From: Lingula anatina
Lineage: Eukaryota; Animalia; Brachiopoda
Direction: 5' to 3'
Length of the DNA: 64,000 bases
NCBI GenBank assembly: GCA_051362555.1
Contig: CM120640.1
Location: 69,108,788 to 69,172,787 of the forward strand
Within the stretch, counting starts at the first letter, position 1; each line of letters starts with the position of its first letter. The notes beneath the pieces were generated by a model. That model had not been told where the DNA came from. It saw nothing but the letters and a program-made list of their open reading frames with translations, and did not search any database. The translations under genes were made by a program, and so were the position numbers. Positions 1 to 27,119 of the stretch are shown here, in pieces.

Positions 1-1417
1 ATCTGAACTGATCTCTTCTATGTCTTCAACAGCATCAAAGAAAGTCACCTCTTCCTCAGCATCTAGACCAACCAAAAATAAAAAAAGAACCATAATGTCA
101 ATTCTAATTTAGCAAAAGATGTTTAATATATTAGAAAGTTTAATATATTAGAAAAGTAACACACACATTTCACTCTTTCACACCAATTTAGTTAGGTGCT
201 ATTGAAACACACATGTGTAGCTGGATAGCACATCTTCGCTCTGAAGACTTACTCTGGCAATTATGCTGGAAAACCAGTACCTGTTAGTTCTTTTTTACGC
301 ATATCCATTCTTATTCTGTAAAGTGCTTCTTCCTTCTCCAAAATGGACATTTCAGCCTTGTATAAGTTTTTCTGGCATTCAAATGCTTCTCTTTCTAGCC
401 TCTGGATGTCTTGTTTTGCCGTGGGCCCCTCCTCTAAGCTGGCTATCTAATAACAGAAGAATTTGAAAGATGAACAATTATCCTCATGCATAGCAGCTGT
501 ACGCCTATCTCTATTTTAAAGGGATAAGGACTCTTCGTTTTGGCCAAAAAATGAATTTTCCTGAAGTAAACAACAATTTTTTCTTACTTACCAATGGTTA
601 ATGAATCATTTTTACATTCAAAGTTAGTCCCTAGTTTTTTTTTCTTAAAAGTTTGGTTTTTTGTTAAAACCTCTCAAGAGATTATAACCGAGTATAGCCA
701 TCAATGGAGGTCACATGATCTAAAGACAAGCTCAGATATCAGAATAATAGATATAACTGCCGTTTTTGTGGTAAAACAGAATATATTATATTTCTATGAG
801 TTGTTCACAATGTTTTTATTGTGAAATATAGATATCATAAGCAGAGTTATTATCCCTTTAACTTTCTACATAAATTTTTAAAGGAATCGTGGCTGTTTGA
901 AAACTTTCACTTTCCTTATGCGTATCCTCTAAAAGCATACAGCACCATATCTTGCCTGTTCTTTAACTTTGTCCTTTTCTTGTTCTACTCTCTTTTTCTT
1001 CATCCTAAGCAACTGCAGCTCCTCTTGGGCCAGATCTTCAGTAATCCTGCACAAATACAAGACTAACATTTGTCACCTTTGTGTCACGTAAATTTTAGTA
1101 CTAATTTCCTAATTATCTCTAAGTTTTAACATACATAACATAGATTTCTTAGTAAATAAATCATAAAATACTCATAAAATCACACAGCATATCAATCATA
1201 AACAATGAGGTAAGAAAAACAAAAACCTGTTTAATCGTGGTAATGCCATGTCTTCAAACCCAGACTTTCCAAACCTTTTCTGGTCTTCTATCATCCTCTC
1301 TTGCATCTCTGAAATTGACCAAACTAGCTGTTAAAGACAATGTTAACCACTGTCTTGTATAATTGTATAATGTAACTGTACACATTTTAATGCTCAATAA
1401 ATTATTATAATTATTAC

Positions 1418-1475
<58 letters not shown>

Positions 1476-2539
1476 ATAATGCTCTGTGTTTATATTCCAA
1501 GGATATGTAACATCCCTTTGATTCAGAAATGAAATCGTACACACAACCATTCTCTTTACTTACAGAGAGGTAGTATGTACATGACATATTTTAAGGTTGG
1601 ACCATCTTTGAGAGTAGAACTTGAAAATGTAGAGGAGAGGTTGGTTATTTATCAAAAGAAAATATTGCTTCTCCAAAACTATTACTTCTGCTTACCATGA
1701 AAACACTTGACAGTGGTTTTATAGTACTTTTCATACAGGTCTTGAATATTATCCAGGGCACTAGAATACTGTTCCTGCCATTCTGTGAACACCTTCCTGC
1801 ATTCTGCTTTTATTCTCTCTCCTAAATCAGGATTGTGCAGTTTAATTCTAGCAGCATTTAAATGTGAATAGCCCATCTCCCTCAAGTCTAAAAAAGGCTG
1901 CAGTTGCAGATTATAGAGCTTTGCCAACACTGCAAACACTTTGTCCATTGCTTCGTCTTCTAATTTGTATGCCTGTACCATGTCAAGCAAGTTTATTGAA
2001 TCTTTTCTACTAGCAATAACAGTTTGTAGCTCCTCTCTGGCATTTTCTAGTTTCTCTTCAAGTTTTTGTCTCCTGAGGTCTCCAATGCTCTCAAAATATT
2101 TTTCCACGCTGTGTTCTTCAAACAAGGAGTTTACCAAAAAGTCCACAGGGCAGATTTCAACTGCCATTGAAAAGTAATTTTCCAGGTCTTGTATAAGTGC
2201 CTCCTCCAGTTCAACAGGAGGATAGATGTAGGCCCACAGACCTCTGGGTTCGTAGGGAAGCTCAGGAAAGTATTTGGACAACTCGGGATAGACACTTGAC
2301 AGTTCTTCATGGGCACCTTGCAATTCTGTACAAGAAAACAGTCCAGACCAGGCCCCATTAGTTGCTGTGTCACTGACCACACGACTGTGAGATCTGCATG
2401 TCACTGCAAGCTTTCCTGAAGCATCATTCCACGCCACATGGAAGTTCAACTTTGTCTTTGCCTCTTTTTTAGGAAATGGATTTTCTTTGATGGCTACCCA
2501 GTCTGATTCATCCAGACTTTCAAATGTGTCTGACTCCAT
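1..2539 (-). CDS. JMY: JMY/WHAMM-family actin nucleation-promoting factor, N-terminal part (gene continues beyond the window start)
   Basis: Spliced exons 1696-2539, 1227-1308, 956(or 941)-1046, 281-446 and 1-62 join in frame. The translation has the JMY/WHAMM N-terminal signatures SDWVAIKENPF, FHVAWND...LAVTC, WSGLFS..EL...H..L, LQPFLDLRE, MIEDQKRFGK and EEEVTFFDAVE. An in-frame TGA lies just upstream of ATG 2539. An invertebrate gene is probably co-orthologous to both JMY and WHAMM. Confidence 0.88.
520..857. mobile_element. Non-autonomous DNA transposon with TTAA target duplication (Kolobok-like MITE)
   Basis: Left end TTAA|AGGGATAAGGACTCT and right end AGAGTTATTATCCCT|TTAA give a 13/15 inverted match with TTAA on both sides. 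Purine-purine termini plus a TTAA TSD fit the Kolobok superfamily (assignment inferred). Confidence 0.65.
1396..1480. repeat. (ATT/AAT)n microsatellite in a JMY intron
   Basis: Directly visible run of attattatt; it is the source of the poly-Asn spurious ORF 1254-1550. Confidence 0.95.
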
Positions 2540-3339
2540 TTTGCAAAGTTGAAATCCACTACTCACAGGTTTTCTTCAGAAGATGGTTTTTCCTTATGCT
2601 GAGCACCCTGGAAAAGAAATTGGGAGGTAGGAAATACAAGTCATATAACGTGATTTGGTGCTTTTCTGTGCCATTACTTAGTTTTTAGATAGATACTGGA
2701 TAAGGATTTTAATTGAAAAGTATTGTTCCAAACTTCCAACTAATAATTTTTCAATGTTAGACTATGTTACAATATTTGTTGACACCAGAGTCCAGCCAGC
2801 TGAGCATCAGTAATACCTTTAAATTAATCTTCAAAATTTTATTTCTTTTTATACATTAAAATGTAAACAGGTAATCAAAGTAAATGAAGGGGCACATAAC
2901 TAAAGGAATGACAAGAAAAACAGAAACAAAACATAAGAAAATTATAAAATTTACAAATGAATCACTGAGCATTACATCACGTGCAAACTTGCCTCAGTTT
3001 TTGGAACCACAAATATCCTTCTCATTTTCTATAATTAGTGTAACTAAACATACCTAAAGCTTGAAAAGGGTCTAGAGTTTAGTTTAAAGACACATTTATA
3101 TATTGTGTGCTGAGAAATGATTAGATTACATCAAGAGGTTAAAACTCCTTAACGATATCTTATCTGCAGGTCGCCGGGGTTTTTCCACCCTTCCCAAGTT
3201 TAAACTACAATTTTGGGGACCTTTCTTCACCCAGAATTATCTTTAATATATAAAAACTATAAACTTACATTAACCACTAGATTAAATAAGATTTTTTTTA
3301 AAAATCGCAATAAGTACCTTGTAAAACAAGTGAACATCG

Positions 3340-3640
3340 GACACCGTGCACTTGTCCGTTTTTGTTATTGTCTGACGTCATTGTCATGATGACGAATTTA
3401 CAATGACGTATGTTTTCGCATAAAAAGTGACACTTTTTTCAAATAAAATGGTATGTATTATCAGTTTTATAACAAATGTGAGCCTTGTTGTATTTAATAC
3501 AAATATTCTAAAATATTGTTTCTTTTATGTTATATAATTATATTTCAAAATAGTATACGAAACTGAACGAGTATTCGAATATGCGCTTTAAAAAGAAGTT
3601 TCGTCGGTGATGCACTAAGTAGTAGTAGTACTCGTAGGTA
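3340..3640. promoter_or_regulatory. Putative bidirectional promoter of JMY and KXD1 with CRE/ATF sites
   Basis: The segment is richer in CpG than its surroundings and lies between a minus-strand donor (3317, gtactta) and a plus-strand donor (about 3638, ag|gtacgc). It has a perfect TGACGTCA at 3373-3380 and TGACG half-sites near 3390 and 3404. Confidence 0.55.
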
Positions 3641-4360
3641 CGCTTCTTTGCAGACGCTTAATTCATACCGCATTTATTAGCAAATTAACATATTTCATGA
3701 CACACAAGACAATTAATTTAAAATAAGTTTAAAAACAGCCAATACAGCGTTAAAGACGAAATGTTTTGGAAACGTTTTGGAAGAGTCAGTGTTTTTATTA
3801 ATTTTAGAATCAATTAATGATTAAGCATTACGGCATTATGGAATTTAAAACCTTGCTTTCAGTGTATCAAACTTTGAAACATTTTTACTTATCTCACTCT
3901 AAGAACGTACTCTGATAGTCTCTGGAAATACACAGCCCTTTTAAATTAAATGTAAAAGTAGTTGCAAGTATGTATATGTAAGTCTACAGCTACCTGTACT
4001 AGTACCTGTACAGTGGTAGGCATGAAATTACCATACCAGAAATTTTACATGATGATGTCTTGATGACCAATATATGTTACAGTCTGTATATATGGTTAAA
4101 TAGTGTTTCTACCATGTACAAGCCCATCTTTTTTTTATTTTATTTTAAATTATTTATTTAATTTATACATAAGTGCCTTTCAAAGGTGCAACTGAAAATG
4201 ATACTGCCTGGGGCTGTACAATTTTGATCACAACTATATTAATATAAATAAGAATTTTTTTCTATTTTCATGGATAGATGAGTTCAACTTGAAGACGAAG
4301 CCAAGAACAACAAAAATATGTTCAGTTAAAATAATAAAAAACATTCCATAAGTGCTCACC

Positions 4361-5451
4361 ATGGCAAAGCAGATTACTTCAAAGGATGTTACTCAACCCA
4401 AATTACAACCAGCCACTGATGTTTTTATTAGTACGATGGCTGATGTTGTGAAAGAAGATGACATTTATTCTGTGATTAAAGCCCAAAGACACATGTAAGT
4501 ATATCTGTCACATCCAGTGTAATATGTACTTTGTGGCCCCATGGCACTCCTGCTGTTAAGATAAATGTCTAATAGATCTCTTGTAAGAAATTGATAATAG
4601 CAATTGTTACTAAATATAAGACTAATGGGAGTTTTGTACGAATTGATGATATTTGTGATGATATAATCTATAGAGTTGTTGAACGCTTAAAGGTTGTTGG
4701 TACTGTGAATAATTTTGTCATGTTATGAACTCTTTTTCAGGCTGTCCAGATTTGAAAAAACAAATGAAATGCTGTTAACATTCAATGCACTGTCGTCTCA
4801 GAGATATGAAGCAATGTTCCAGGAATTTAAGAAAAATACAGCACTTCTTTATGATATGAAGAAAGATTTGGACACAGTTTTTAGGAGAATTAGGTAAAAG
4901 ATAGTAAAATGTTAATAAAAGTCGAAAAAATGTTTTAAGTATATGGAGAAAAAATAATAATGACATACAAACATTCGTAAATGATCAGACAATTTTACCT
5001 TATTATATATATTAATAATTTTTTTTTTTTTTGCATAAACATGATTTGACAGAACAAATTTATTCATACAGTTTCTATTGCTTAAGGTGTTCTTTTTAAA
5101 TTTTTTTTCCAGAACTCTTAAAGCCAAACTAAGTAAGCAGTATCCAGATGCATTTGCAGGTTAGTATGTGTTTGCACCCAGTTCCTCTAGCTATGGAAGG
5201 TTTGGGATCAGAATCAACTGTACTGTGATTAAGAGATGTATTCTACATTTTTCTATAAATGACAATCTCTAAAAGGACCAAAGAACAGAGAATGAAATAA
5301 AATAAATAATTTCATTTGTAAAAATTAAATTTATTATTGTTTTTTTAAATAAATTATTTTGTTTATTTTATACTCAGCTTGCAGTGATGTCTACAATGTA
5401 CTGGAGGAGGAAAGTGAAGAAGAAATAGCAGATAAACAGCCTGCCAGTTGA
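4361..5451 (+). CDS. KXD1: KxDL motif-containing protein 1 (BORC/BLOC-1-associated)
   Basis: Exons 4361-4494, 4741-4893, 5113-5159 and 5378-5451 give 135 aa. The sequence includes [20 protein letters not shown] and [27 protein letters not shown], which carries the KxDL motif. All introns are GT-AG. Confidence 0.93.
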
Positions 5452-6690
5452 TGGTGACGCAGGCACCTTGTGCACACTTTAAGAATTGGCTTCTCTGAAT
5501 ATTGTCTGGTGACTATGTCATACTTATTCTTAGCGCCAGCAGTGCCAGAAGTTGGACATTTTTAAAACAAAATAACCAATGTATCTTTGGAGGGTTACTA
5601 ATTCATGTTGCCTGGTTCGCAGCAGTGCCATCAGTGTTAAATTATTGCTTGTTGTTAGCGATACACATTTCCAATAATGAAATAGTCTACATTTATATAA
5701 ATGGCATGTATAAATTCATTTTTGTAATTTATTTTGTAAAAGCTAAAACATACACAGCTCAAAGGAACATATTTCAGAAGTGTTACTGGTATTTTAAGTG
5801 TCACAATAGTATACATCATAACACCTGTGGATTCTAGTTCTGTAAAATGATGCAAATTTCTCCCATTTTTAAGTTGAAAAAGAATTAATATGGTAATAGT
5901 CCTGGGATGACTTAGACCATATACTATACTTGTAACCTTGGTTTATAAGTTAATGACGGTTATGAATTGTTATTGCAGCTACATGGACATTAAATTGCGA
6001 GTGGTGCAATCGAGTGAAATTCTCTGAACCGTTTCAGATGTTTTTCGTATTAAGTGCAAGTACCTTTTTATGTATTGGAGTACATATGATCTGGTAAGTT
6101 ATTGTGCTGAAGACTGCACTTTAAGTGTAGCGTAGAAATAATTTTTTTTTTTACACTTTCAAAATCCCACAATGTTCAAATATTGCTTTCAGCCTTCACC
6201 AGTTATAAATTTCATGAAATATAAAAAAAAAAACAACTTCCAACTACTTCCATTAAGTGTTGATATTAGATAATCAAGATACCACTGTAAAATATGCTAG
6301 GAAACAAAATCTAGTTCCTTTTATTAACAAAACAAGGTCCAGTAAAATAATAGTTTATTATAAAATTGATATGTTACATACATTAGCAAATGTTAATGTT
6401 AAAATTTTACAGTAAAACCTGATCAATTTTGATGTCCTTTAAAATCAATAATATTAGAAACAATGTACAATCATTAATAACATGTCAATAATTACTGGTT
6501 TCAAATAAAATGATTGAATTTCAATCAACATATTTTTAAAAGAGAAAACTTCCCCCATAAAACCTTCAGATAAAGTATTTTAAAAACCAACAAAAGTTGG
6601 GGTGCTGCAGACATAGGTTCATCTGGAATGTCTTTTTGTGCTCATTTTTACACACTGAAAGTGCACTTTAGTGCTATTATGTCAACATGT

Positions 6691-9585
6691 TCAACTCTTG
6701 AAGGAATACAGTTCACTGAGCTCATCAGTGGTGGTTGCCTCCGTATGTTGAGTCAAATGCTTGTGTCCCTGTAAGGAAGATGGTAAAGTTGTAATGATTA
6801 GAAAAATTAAAACTAAACCCATTCACATTGCAGTTTCCAAGTACAAACTTCCCTTTTGTTATTTAACAGTCTCTCAAAATTTAAGGTCTAAGTTTGATAA
6901 AATTTTCAGGACGAGTTTAAATTCAGGTACATAAATTTTTTTTTTTTTGATGCTGATCCTTTAATCAATAGAAATGATAACTGTGCAGCCTTGGAAGTGG
7001 TCTGAGAGTACTTTATGAGTTAATTATGGAAGCATACCTGAGTGATACCCCATGCTGCAGGCTTAGACATGGATGCACAGTATGGCCGTCCACTGGCTGG
7101 ATTCAAGCTTTCCCAGTAGTTACGACGGGCCCTGAAATGGATACACAATATCAACATGAAACAGCAGCAAGAACATCCAACTCTGCCATACACCTTCAGT
7201 GTGTTAAATACCGATTGGTCACACATTAGAAAGCAATTTTCTTAGGTTATTATAATTCTTGCATGCACTTACCACATAAAATATGTTACATACCTTGCTC
7301 GGACCCACGGCTTGGTGTGCATGCGCAATTCGCTGCCCCATACGCCGTGCTTTTCTGAGCCCTTTGGTTTACATCCCCTCTCCTCTGCCAGTTCCTCAGC
7401 CACAGCTCTGATGTGATACGGCTCAAACCCACAGCAACCGCCAATGTAACGTACTCCCAGGTCATAGGCCTGGCGCGCATACTTGTGCATGTCAAATCTT
7501 GTGGACAGGCGTGGCTCCAATGCTGAAATTGTTTAAAGGCTTTTTTTACCACAAAATATTGCTTACTGACAGCATTGCATTTCTCCAGAGCAAGATTTCA
7601 AACTGTTGAGATTTGAAATATTTCATTACAATGCTGCAGGTAAAATTTTCAACTTGTGCATTCACAAAAATGTCCATAATTATGTGAACTTACCGAATGG
7701 GAACTCTGGGAGGTCGATGAAACCCTGCTTGTTGCAGTCTGGTGTATGATAGGCTAGTGGCTGACACATGAGGTAGGGCTTCAGTCCTTCCTTGTCCAGA
7801 GCTTCCTTCATCAGACGAATCGCTTCAAGGGAGACAAAGGGATCAAAATGACAATTGACGCCAACAATGTCTGCCCCACATTTGGCAAGACGGACGGCAC
7901 ACTCTCCTGTAGATATACCATGCATGTCGCCCTCTGGACCAATACACAGGTTGGCAGCTATTGGTTTTCCCATTTCCTTACACACCTCTACTGCCCATTC
8001 TGCTTCCTCCACATGTTCAAAATACTGAAATGAATAGAATTTTATGACCAAAAAATTCTTAAGTGTGAGAAATTCTGCCGAATTCTATGATAATCTTAGC
8101 AAAAAAAAAAAAAAAAAAAAATCAATTTTTTCTTATGCTAATATGTAAGGCAACTACTTATGCTTTAATGAAATGGAATATGTTCACACCTCACAAATCA
8201 TGAAATCGACGTCATTTTTGATAAAAACATCAAGCTGCTTTCTGAATTCTTGCTGAACTTCTGCTTTGGTCTTTCCTGAGAGATAGCTTGGGGTTTGGCA
8301 TATTCCCCCTGCAACAAGGGCATCCCCCTCATTGGCTACTTCACGGGCAATCTCACACGCAGCCTGGTTTATTTTAGCTCCCTGTAAAAAAATTAAGGAA
8401 TGAAAATAATAAAGAAATAAGAAATTTGATAAAAAATATAAAAAGACCAACAGAATTTAAACCCAATTTTATTAATCCTTTCTATTTGGTTATTCCTACA
8501 TTCTGCTAACATAACTTTTATAACTAATAGCTAAAAGGGCTAGTATATAAGTTGTTGTGGCCACATTGTTTCTTAGTCTCCAAAGGCTTACGCTGTGTTT
8601 TGATGCTGCCTCATTTCCCCTGTTGTCCAGTTTGTCATCACTGGCATAGAATGTGAATGTTTGCATCACATCTGAACCTGCCCGGAGAAATTCTCGATGA
8701 AGCTGGCGAACTGGAAGAAAGAAAATCTCTCAATGAGTAAATTGAAATTGAGTACAACTTTCAAGCAACTTGAATTTTCAAATTTTTGATAATTTTCACA
8801 CCTCAATAATTGAAGATTGGCCACTAAAAAAAGGAAGGCCATATTTACCAGCTTCTGGATGCTCCACTGTGGCCTCAGGAGTCCATGGTCCCGCCTTCAC
8901 ATAGCCACGCTTCTCCAGGGCAAACACAAAGCCTCCATCACCAATCACCACTCCCTCTGCCAGGCGCTCCAAGATACCTCTTTTACTCTATAGAGATAAA
9001 TGTACAAATATCCATTTAACATATTTTAATCCAAGTATACGCCACACAAATTATCCATTCTAGTTCTACTGGTAGTAAGCTTTCAAGAATCTGGGTGGGG
9101 GAAGGGGGGGAATTGTAATAAAATGAGGAAAATGAATAATATGGCCTGAGAAATTGGTACTGAGGTAAATAAAAGGGTGCCTTAATGGGCTGAGCCAATT
9201 ATGTAATACATGGACCGCCCCTAACCCAGGGACTAGGAATTTCATTCACGGGGTGCGGCGGACTGCATTGTTCAGAATTCTAGTTTCATCCGGATACTTG
9301 TTTACCTAACCACTTTCTCTTTAGACTGTAAAATTACTAACCGTATCTAGTTGGAAATTTGTTTTTATATGAAAATATCAAATTAGTTAATTTACTTAAG
9401 TTTTGTGCATCAGCAAAAATAGAGAGTCAAAATTTTTACAGAATAATGGAAAACTCCACTTGTACCCTTATTATTGTTTAGTTTTAGAAAGGATACATAC
9501 ACGTGGCTTTAGCCCAAGATGGTCTTTTTTCCGATATAGTTTCTATATATTCTATCTTCCATACAAAAAAGAAGAACCTTACCAT
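6691..9585 (-). CDS. BHMT: Betaine-homocysteine S-methyltransferase
   Basis: Exons 9583-9585 (ATG only), 8849-8987, 8592-8710, 8190-8381, 7694-8024, 7294-7522, 7038-7131 and 6691-6768 give 394 aa. Motifs are [39 protein letters not shown] and the Zn-ligand motifs GVNCHFDP and [10 protein letters not shown]. Confidence 0.97.
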
Positions 9586-10300
9586 ATTTGAAATTTTGCT
9601 TTTTTTACGTCTAAGACGGCTTCTTAGCTCCGCTTCTAAACAGTTCTTCTCTTTGAAAATGCTCTCTCTCCTTCGATCTTCTCCGGTCAGGTGTGTGTAT
9701 GTATACGGTAAAATTGCTTTTAAAGGCATTTAAGGATAAGCCGCACCCATCTTCTAAGAGGGAACATTGTTTGCTTTCAACTGTGTTGAACAGAAATATT
9801 GCTTTGGCAATTTATCGGCTATTTGTCGTCTGTTTGTGCAAAAGCATATTTCGCCAGGTAAAAGACTAATTACTTTCTTGTTCTAGGTGAGGGAATGGTA
9901 ATTTTTAAAGTTTTAATTAATTCTCTGACACCCACACCCCCTTTGTTACTTCGACTTGTCGCAGTTGAGCAGTTTCAGCGCGTTCTCTGACAATAACAAG
10001 ACTTGCCAACGCCAGGCAAATCCGGTTGCATGCGGCTTTGTTTATATCGCGTTCTCTCTTCAAGTTGCTGCCACATGAGGTTGAGATAAGAATGTTATAT
10101 TCTGGTTATTGAAGCTAAGTGCCCGTACGATTTTTGTTTTGGACACTGTACCAATAGTGTAGTTGTTAGTTCTTTTGTAATTTGAGGAAAAAGTTGCTGC
10201 TTTTTTTTGTGTTGTTTACTTTGTTCAAGCGAAAACTAGGAGTAATTTCGCTAAGTGGAAGAGCCAGGTGTTACAGGAACTAGGTCAACTTGTAGGAGAG
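9586..10300. promoter_or_regulatory. Shared divergent promoter and 5'UTR region of BHMT and DMGDH
   Basis: Only 715 bp separate the two divergent ATGs (9585 on -, 10301 on +), and the interval is richer in CpG than the flanking introns. Confidence 0.65.
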
Positions 10301-20045
<9,745 letters not shown>

Positions 20046-22707
20046 TACTACCATCTTTCAGGAATTTGTTGAGATAAGACTTATGGCAATCTTGGTGAAT
20101 GGTGGACTCCTGTGAAAGAAAATTGTCCAATTGCAGTGTAATGATAAATTGCAGCTGTGCCTGATATTCAGGTGATCATTTGAGAAAGACTACTTACATA
20201 GGTATTAGTTGAGGTATCACTCTTCATTAAAATTATGCCCAAGGTAATGGATTTCACATATTTGGATTCCATGTATTTTAATGTCTAGTAAATTGATTTC
20301 TTGTATTGTGTCAGTGAGAGTGCAGGGTTTTCATGCCAACAGTCAATTGCCAAAATGTTGGTTTCTCAATGCCATACAAAAAAAATGGTTATTTTGGGGC
20401 AAGTTTACATTGATTCATACTATAGGAAAAATTGTAAATAAGAAACTGCAACTTTTTTGAAGGATATGGGGATATTTTTTTAATGTAGGTTGCCTATCAA
20501 CAGTATAAAGTAGGATAATAAGGCAACAATATAATATTTCAGCTGACAGATTAAAAATAAGAGGAATATATTTGTTTTGTAATACATAAAAAGAAAAGAC
20601 AAAAAAAAAAAAGCCACGTGGGTAGACATTTTGTAATATTCATTACAAAAGAGAAACTGCATGTTGACCAAAACAGTTCTTATGTTGTCAGATTGTATTA
20701 TTTGTGATTGTAGCCAATTGAGCCAATATGAATTAGAAAAATGCTTGATTTATTCAAAATTAAAAAATATATTATATACCAGTCACATTTCTAGACTTTC
20801 TGGCCATGGTGACAGTAACAAGGCATAGAAAAATGTCCATTTTTGTAAGATAGCTAGTTGTACTAATTTTTTAAATGGAAAATCTGGCTACTGGGCAGCC
20901 AGTTTATTAAAAAAATTAATCAAAAACTGAATGACTGTAAAAAAAAAATCCCAGGTATTGGGTAGCATACTCATATCAATATATTTTTATAAGAAATACA
21001 ACATATTTTGTTTCCACTATCAAGATGCTTTAAGTCTAACAAAAAAAGAAACGGTGCATTTCTTGTACATGACTTTCTTCCATGAAAATGGTCAAAAATA
21101 ACATTGGTAAATTGCACTTTTCACTATTTGATTGATATTGTAGCGCATGTCCCTGTTCCAAGACCAAACTAGGTCCCACATTATGATCATGGGAAAAGCT
21201 TTTACCCAGTTGCAACCAAAGAGTTATACATCATGTTTATCCCAAAAATTCATTGATTTATTTTCGTGTATTGTCTGAATGAAAATAAAGCCAGTTTGCT
21301 CGTGAAGCTGTGCAGTCATTACTTTTTAGCATGTTTTAAGTTGTGCATGGGAATGACATTGTTGAAACTGCTCAGGATAATTACTTCAATATGCCGTCTT
21401 ATTAGTATTACTATTAATTATTTTTTTGATGGGCAAGAAAAAAGGTAAATTTTGAAATTAGATGTGGGCTAAGTGTAATGATTTCCGTCCATCCCCTAAA
21501 AAATTTCAATCAATTTTGATGATTATTTTAAATCAATAAACTGAAGTAAAGAATAATGAAAATGTTTTTTCAAAATCTTCTTTAGAATCTTTAGAAAAGT
21601 TACATAAATAATTTTGGAATATTTACACTAATTCACATTAAATTCTGTATGTTGTTTTCGTAACATTTATTACAATACATTTTAACATATAGTTGATAAA
21701 TAACCAAGACAAGAACTTCATTTCCATATTTACATAGGTTTCCTTCAAAGCAACCTTAACTATTACAATCACATTGAATGTATGTCTTTGTTGAAATTGG
21801 CATCTGAATGTTAATTGTACAATCACTGCCGGTGTGACAGAGTCCCCCATGATAGAGAGTCAGCTTCCCATTCATTTGAACAGGTAAGCCTAGATTTTGA
21901 CACTTAGGTCAGGCTAAACCCAACCATTATAAGTAAATGGAGGGCGGACTTGCTGTTACACGGACCCTCAGTTTTGATTCACCGGATGTAATATAATGTA
22001 TAGGTGGAACTATGCACCAAGGATGTGATCTTAGAAAGCAATACAAAAGTAATCAGAGAAGTATGGCCAACAGATACATAAGACTGTAATTCTAAAGACC
22101 TTTGGAGAAAACAAACTGAAAAATAACTGTGGATAAATTCTGTCAGCTTTTATTTGTTGCTGAATATTGAACTAGCTAGTCTGCCATTATTTCTGACCCC
22201 ACTCTCCTCCAAACTCCACGAAATCTCTCTTCATTATACACTAACTCACAAGACTGCTGCCTTGGATGATTCTCATCAAGTTGGCTCAGTTGAAATTTTA
22301 AGTCTTTTGTCACGAGTGTATCCTTTGTTCCTTCATTATTGCTGACAGGCACTTGTCACTGCCCCATGAACCAGCCCTGTCAGTTGAATTTAACTTGCTA
22401 ACTACCAGGATAGTAACATGGTCAGCAACTGTTTTATAACTTTGTCCTCTGAAGAACTTGTGCATGGAAAATCATTCAAATTGAACAGAATGCAAGGATA
22501 CCCGTTACGTAAGGATACCCATACATGGTACTGATGCCAACTTCAGTACTAATTACAGTACAAAGTTTGAAGGAAAGCAGGCCTATTTGAAATGTACTTT
22601 CATCATGAAGGTACATATTGTCAAATCTTACTTCATCACAATACATCTTGGTGATGTCAGGCCTAATTCTGCAGTGTTTTCCTCTTTTTTCTTTATTTTT
22701 CTTTTTG

Positions 22708-26089
<3,382 letters not shown>

Positions 26090-26149
26090 CTTGATAGCGT
26101 ACCTAGTTGCTCCTCTTGGAGAAGAGGTTTTTCTACAAAATAGTGACAC

Positions 26150-26345
26150 GGTACTTTACACAGTCGTGAACCAAACACGTTTTCAATTTAAAGCGGAAGC
26201 GTTGCCCTAAATGACTCTCCTTCATTAGAAGAGTTCTTACGGAAGTACTGCCTTGTTTGTTTGTTGGTTTCTTAACTTTACCTGCAAGATGAAATAGGAT
26301 TTTGTCCTGGTTATATTACGCTGTTTTGCCTTACCTCTTATGTAA
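26150..26345. promoter_or_regulatory. Putative bidirectional promoter of DIMT1 and the CARD gene, with a probable non-coding first exon of the CARD gene
   Basis: ETS-like CGGAAG motifs near 26194 and 26240 and a plus-strand donor gtaagt at 26342. Confidence 0.45.
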
Positions 26346-27119
26346 GTTAATTCTTTGAAAAGTGGAGTTATCTGCTCTCTTAGTCACATTAAATCTCAGC
26401 CTGTAATCTTCAGTCAATTAATGGATCTAATTTTTTTTTAGATTTTTAATATTTTATTACTTTGCACAGTTTTCAGTAATACGAAAGAGGACAATATTTT
26501 TGTTAACCAATACATGTAGGGCTACAGTATTGTAACACAATTACAAATTCACGAGTACCTCTCGTTGAATGTTTGCCAGTGGTTACAAAGATGTGGCAAA
26601 AACCGTGGAAAATAAAAAAAAATTGTTACAAAGGAAGAAATACTGTAGTAATAGTAAAGTGCTATGCCATGTTCTTTAAATGGCAGTCTTTGGAGAGAAT
26701 AATCACTTGCATTTATTCAAAATATACTTTTATACATGTACGTTCAATTTTGTATTCAAAACCTTTGATAACTGCAGATCTACAATTCTACTCATATTCG
26801 TGAGAACGCAGAAACACCAATACTTCAAGATATGGCAGCTCCACGGGGTAAGATTTAAATATAGGATAAGGCCTGAAGAATGAAAACCAGCAATGTATAC
26901 GCTTCTCAGAATTAAACACTTTCTTTGAGCAAGGTACAATGTACATGTTGCTTTTTATTCTTTTTGATCGCCATAGGTGCCTATATTAGCAGTACCTAAC
27001 ACATACACTTTCTTGTGGTAAGTTACATGTAAAATGGGATAGAAAGAATAGAAATTGAGATATTTCTTAAGTTTATTTTGATATTTTGATGTCTGTTTTA
27101 ATTTTTTTTTCCTTTAGGC

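Noticed and set aside
1254-1550. Poly-Asn ORF
   Set aside because: It derives from the (AAT)n microsatellite. The overlap with a real JMY exon is in a different frame.
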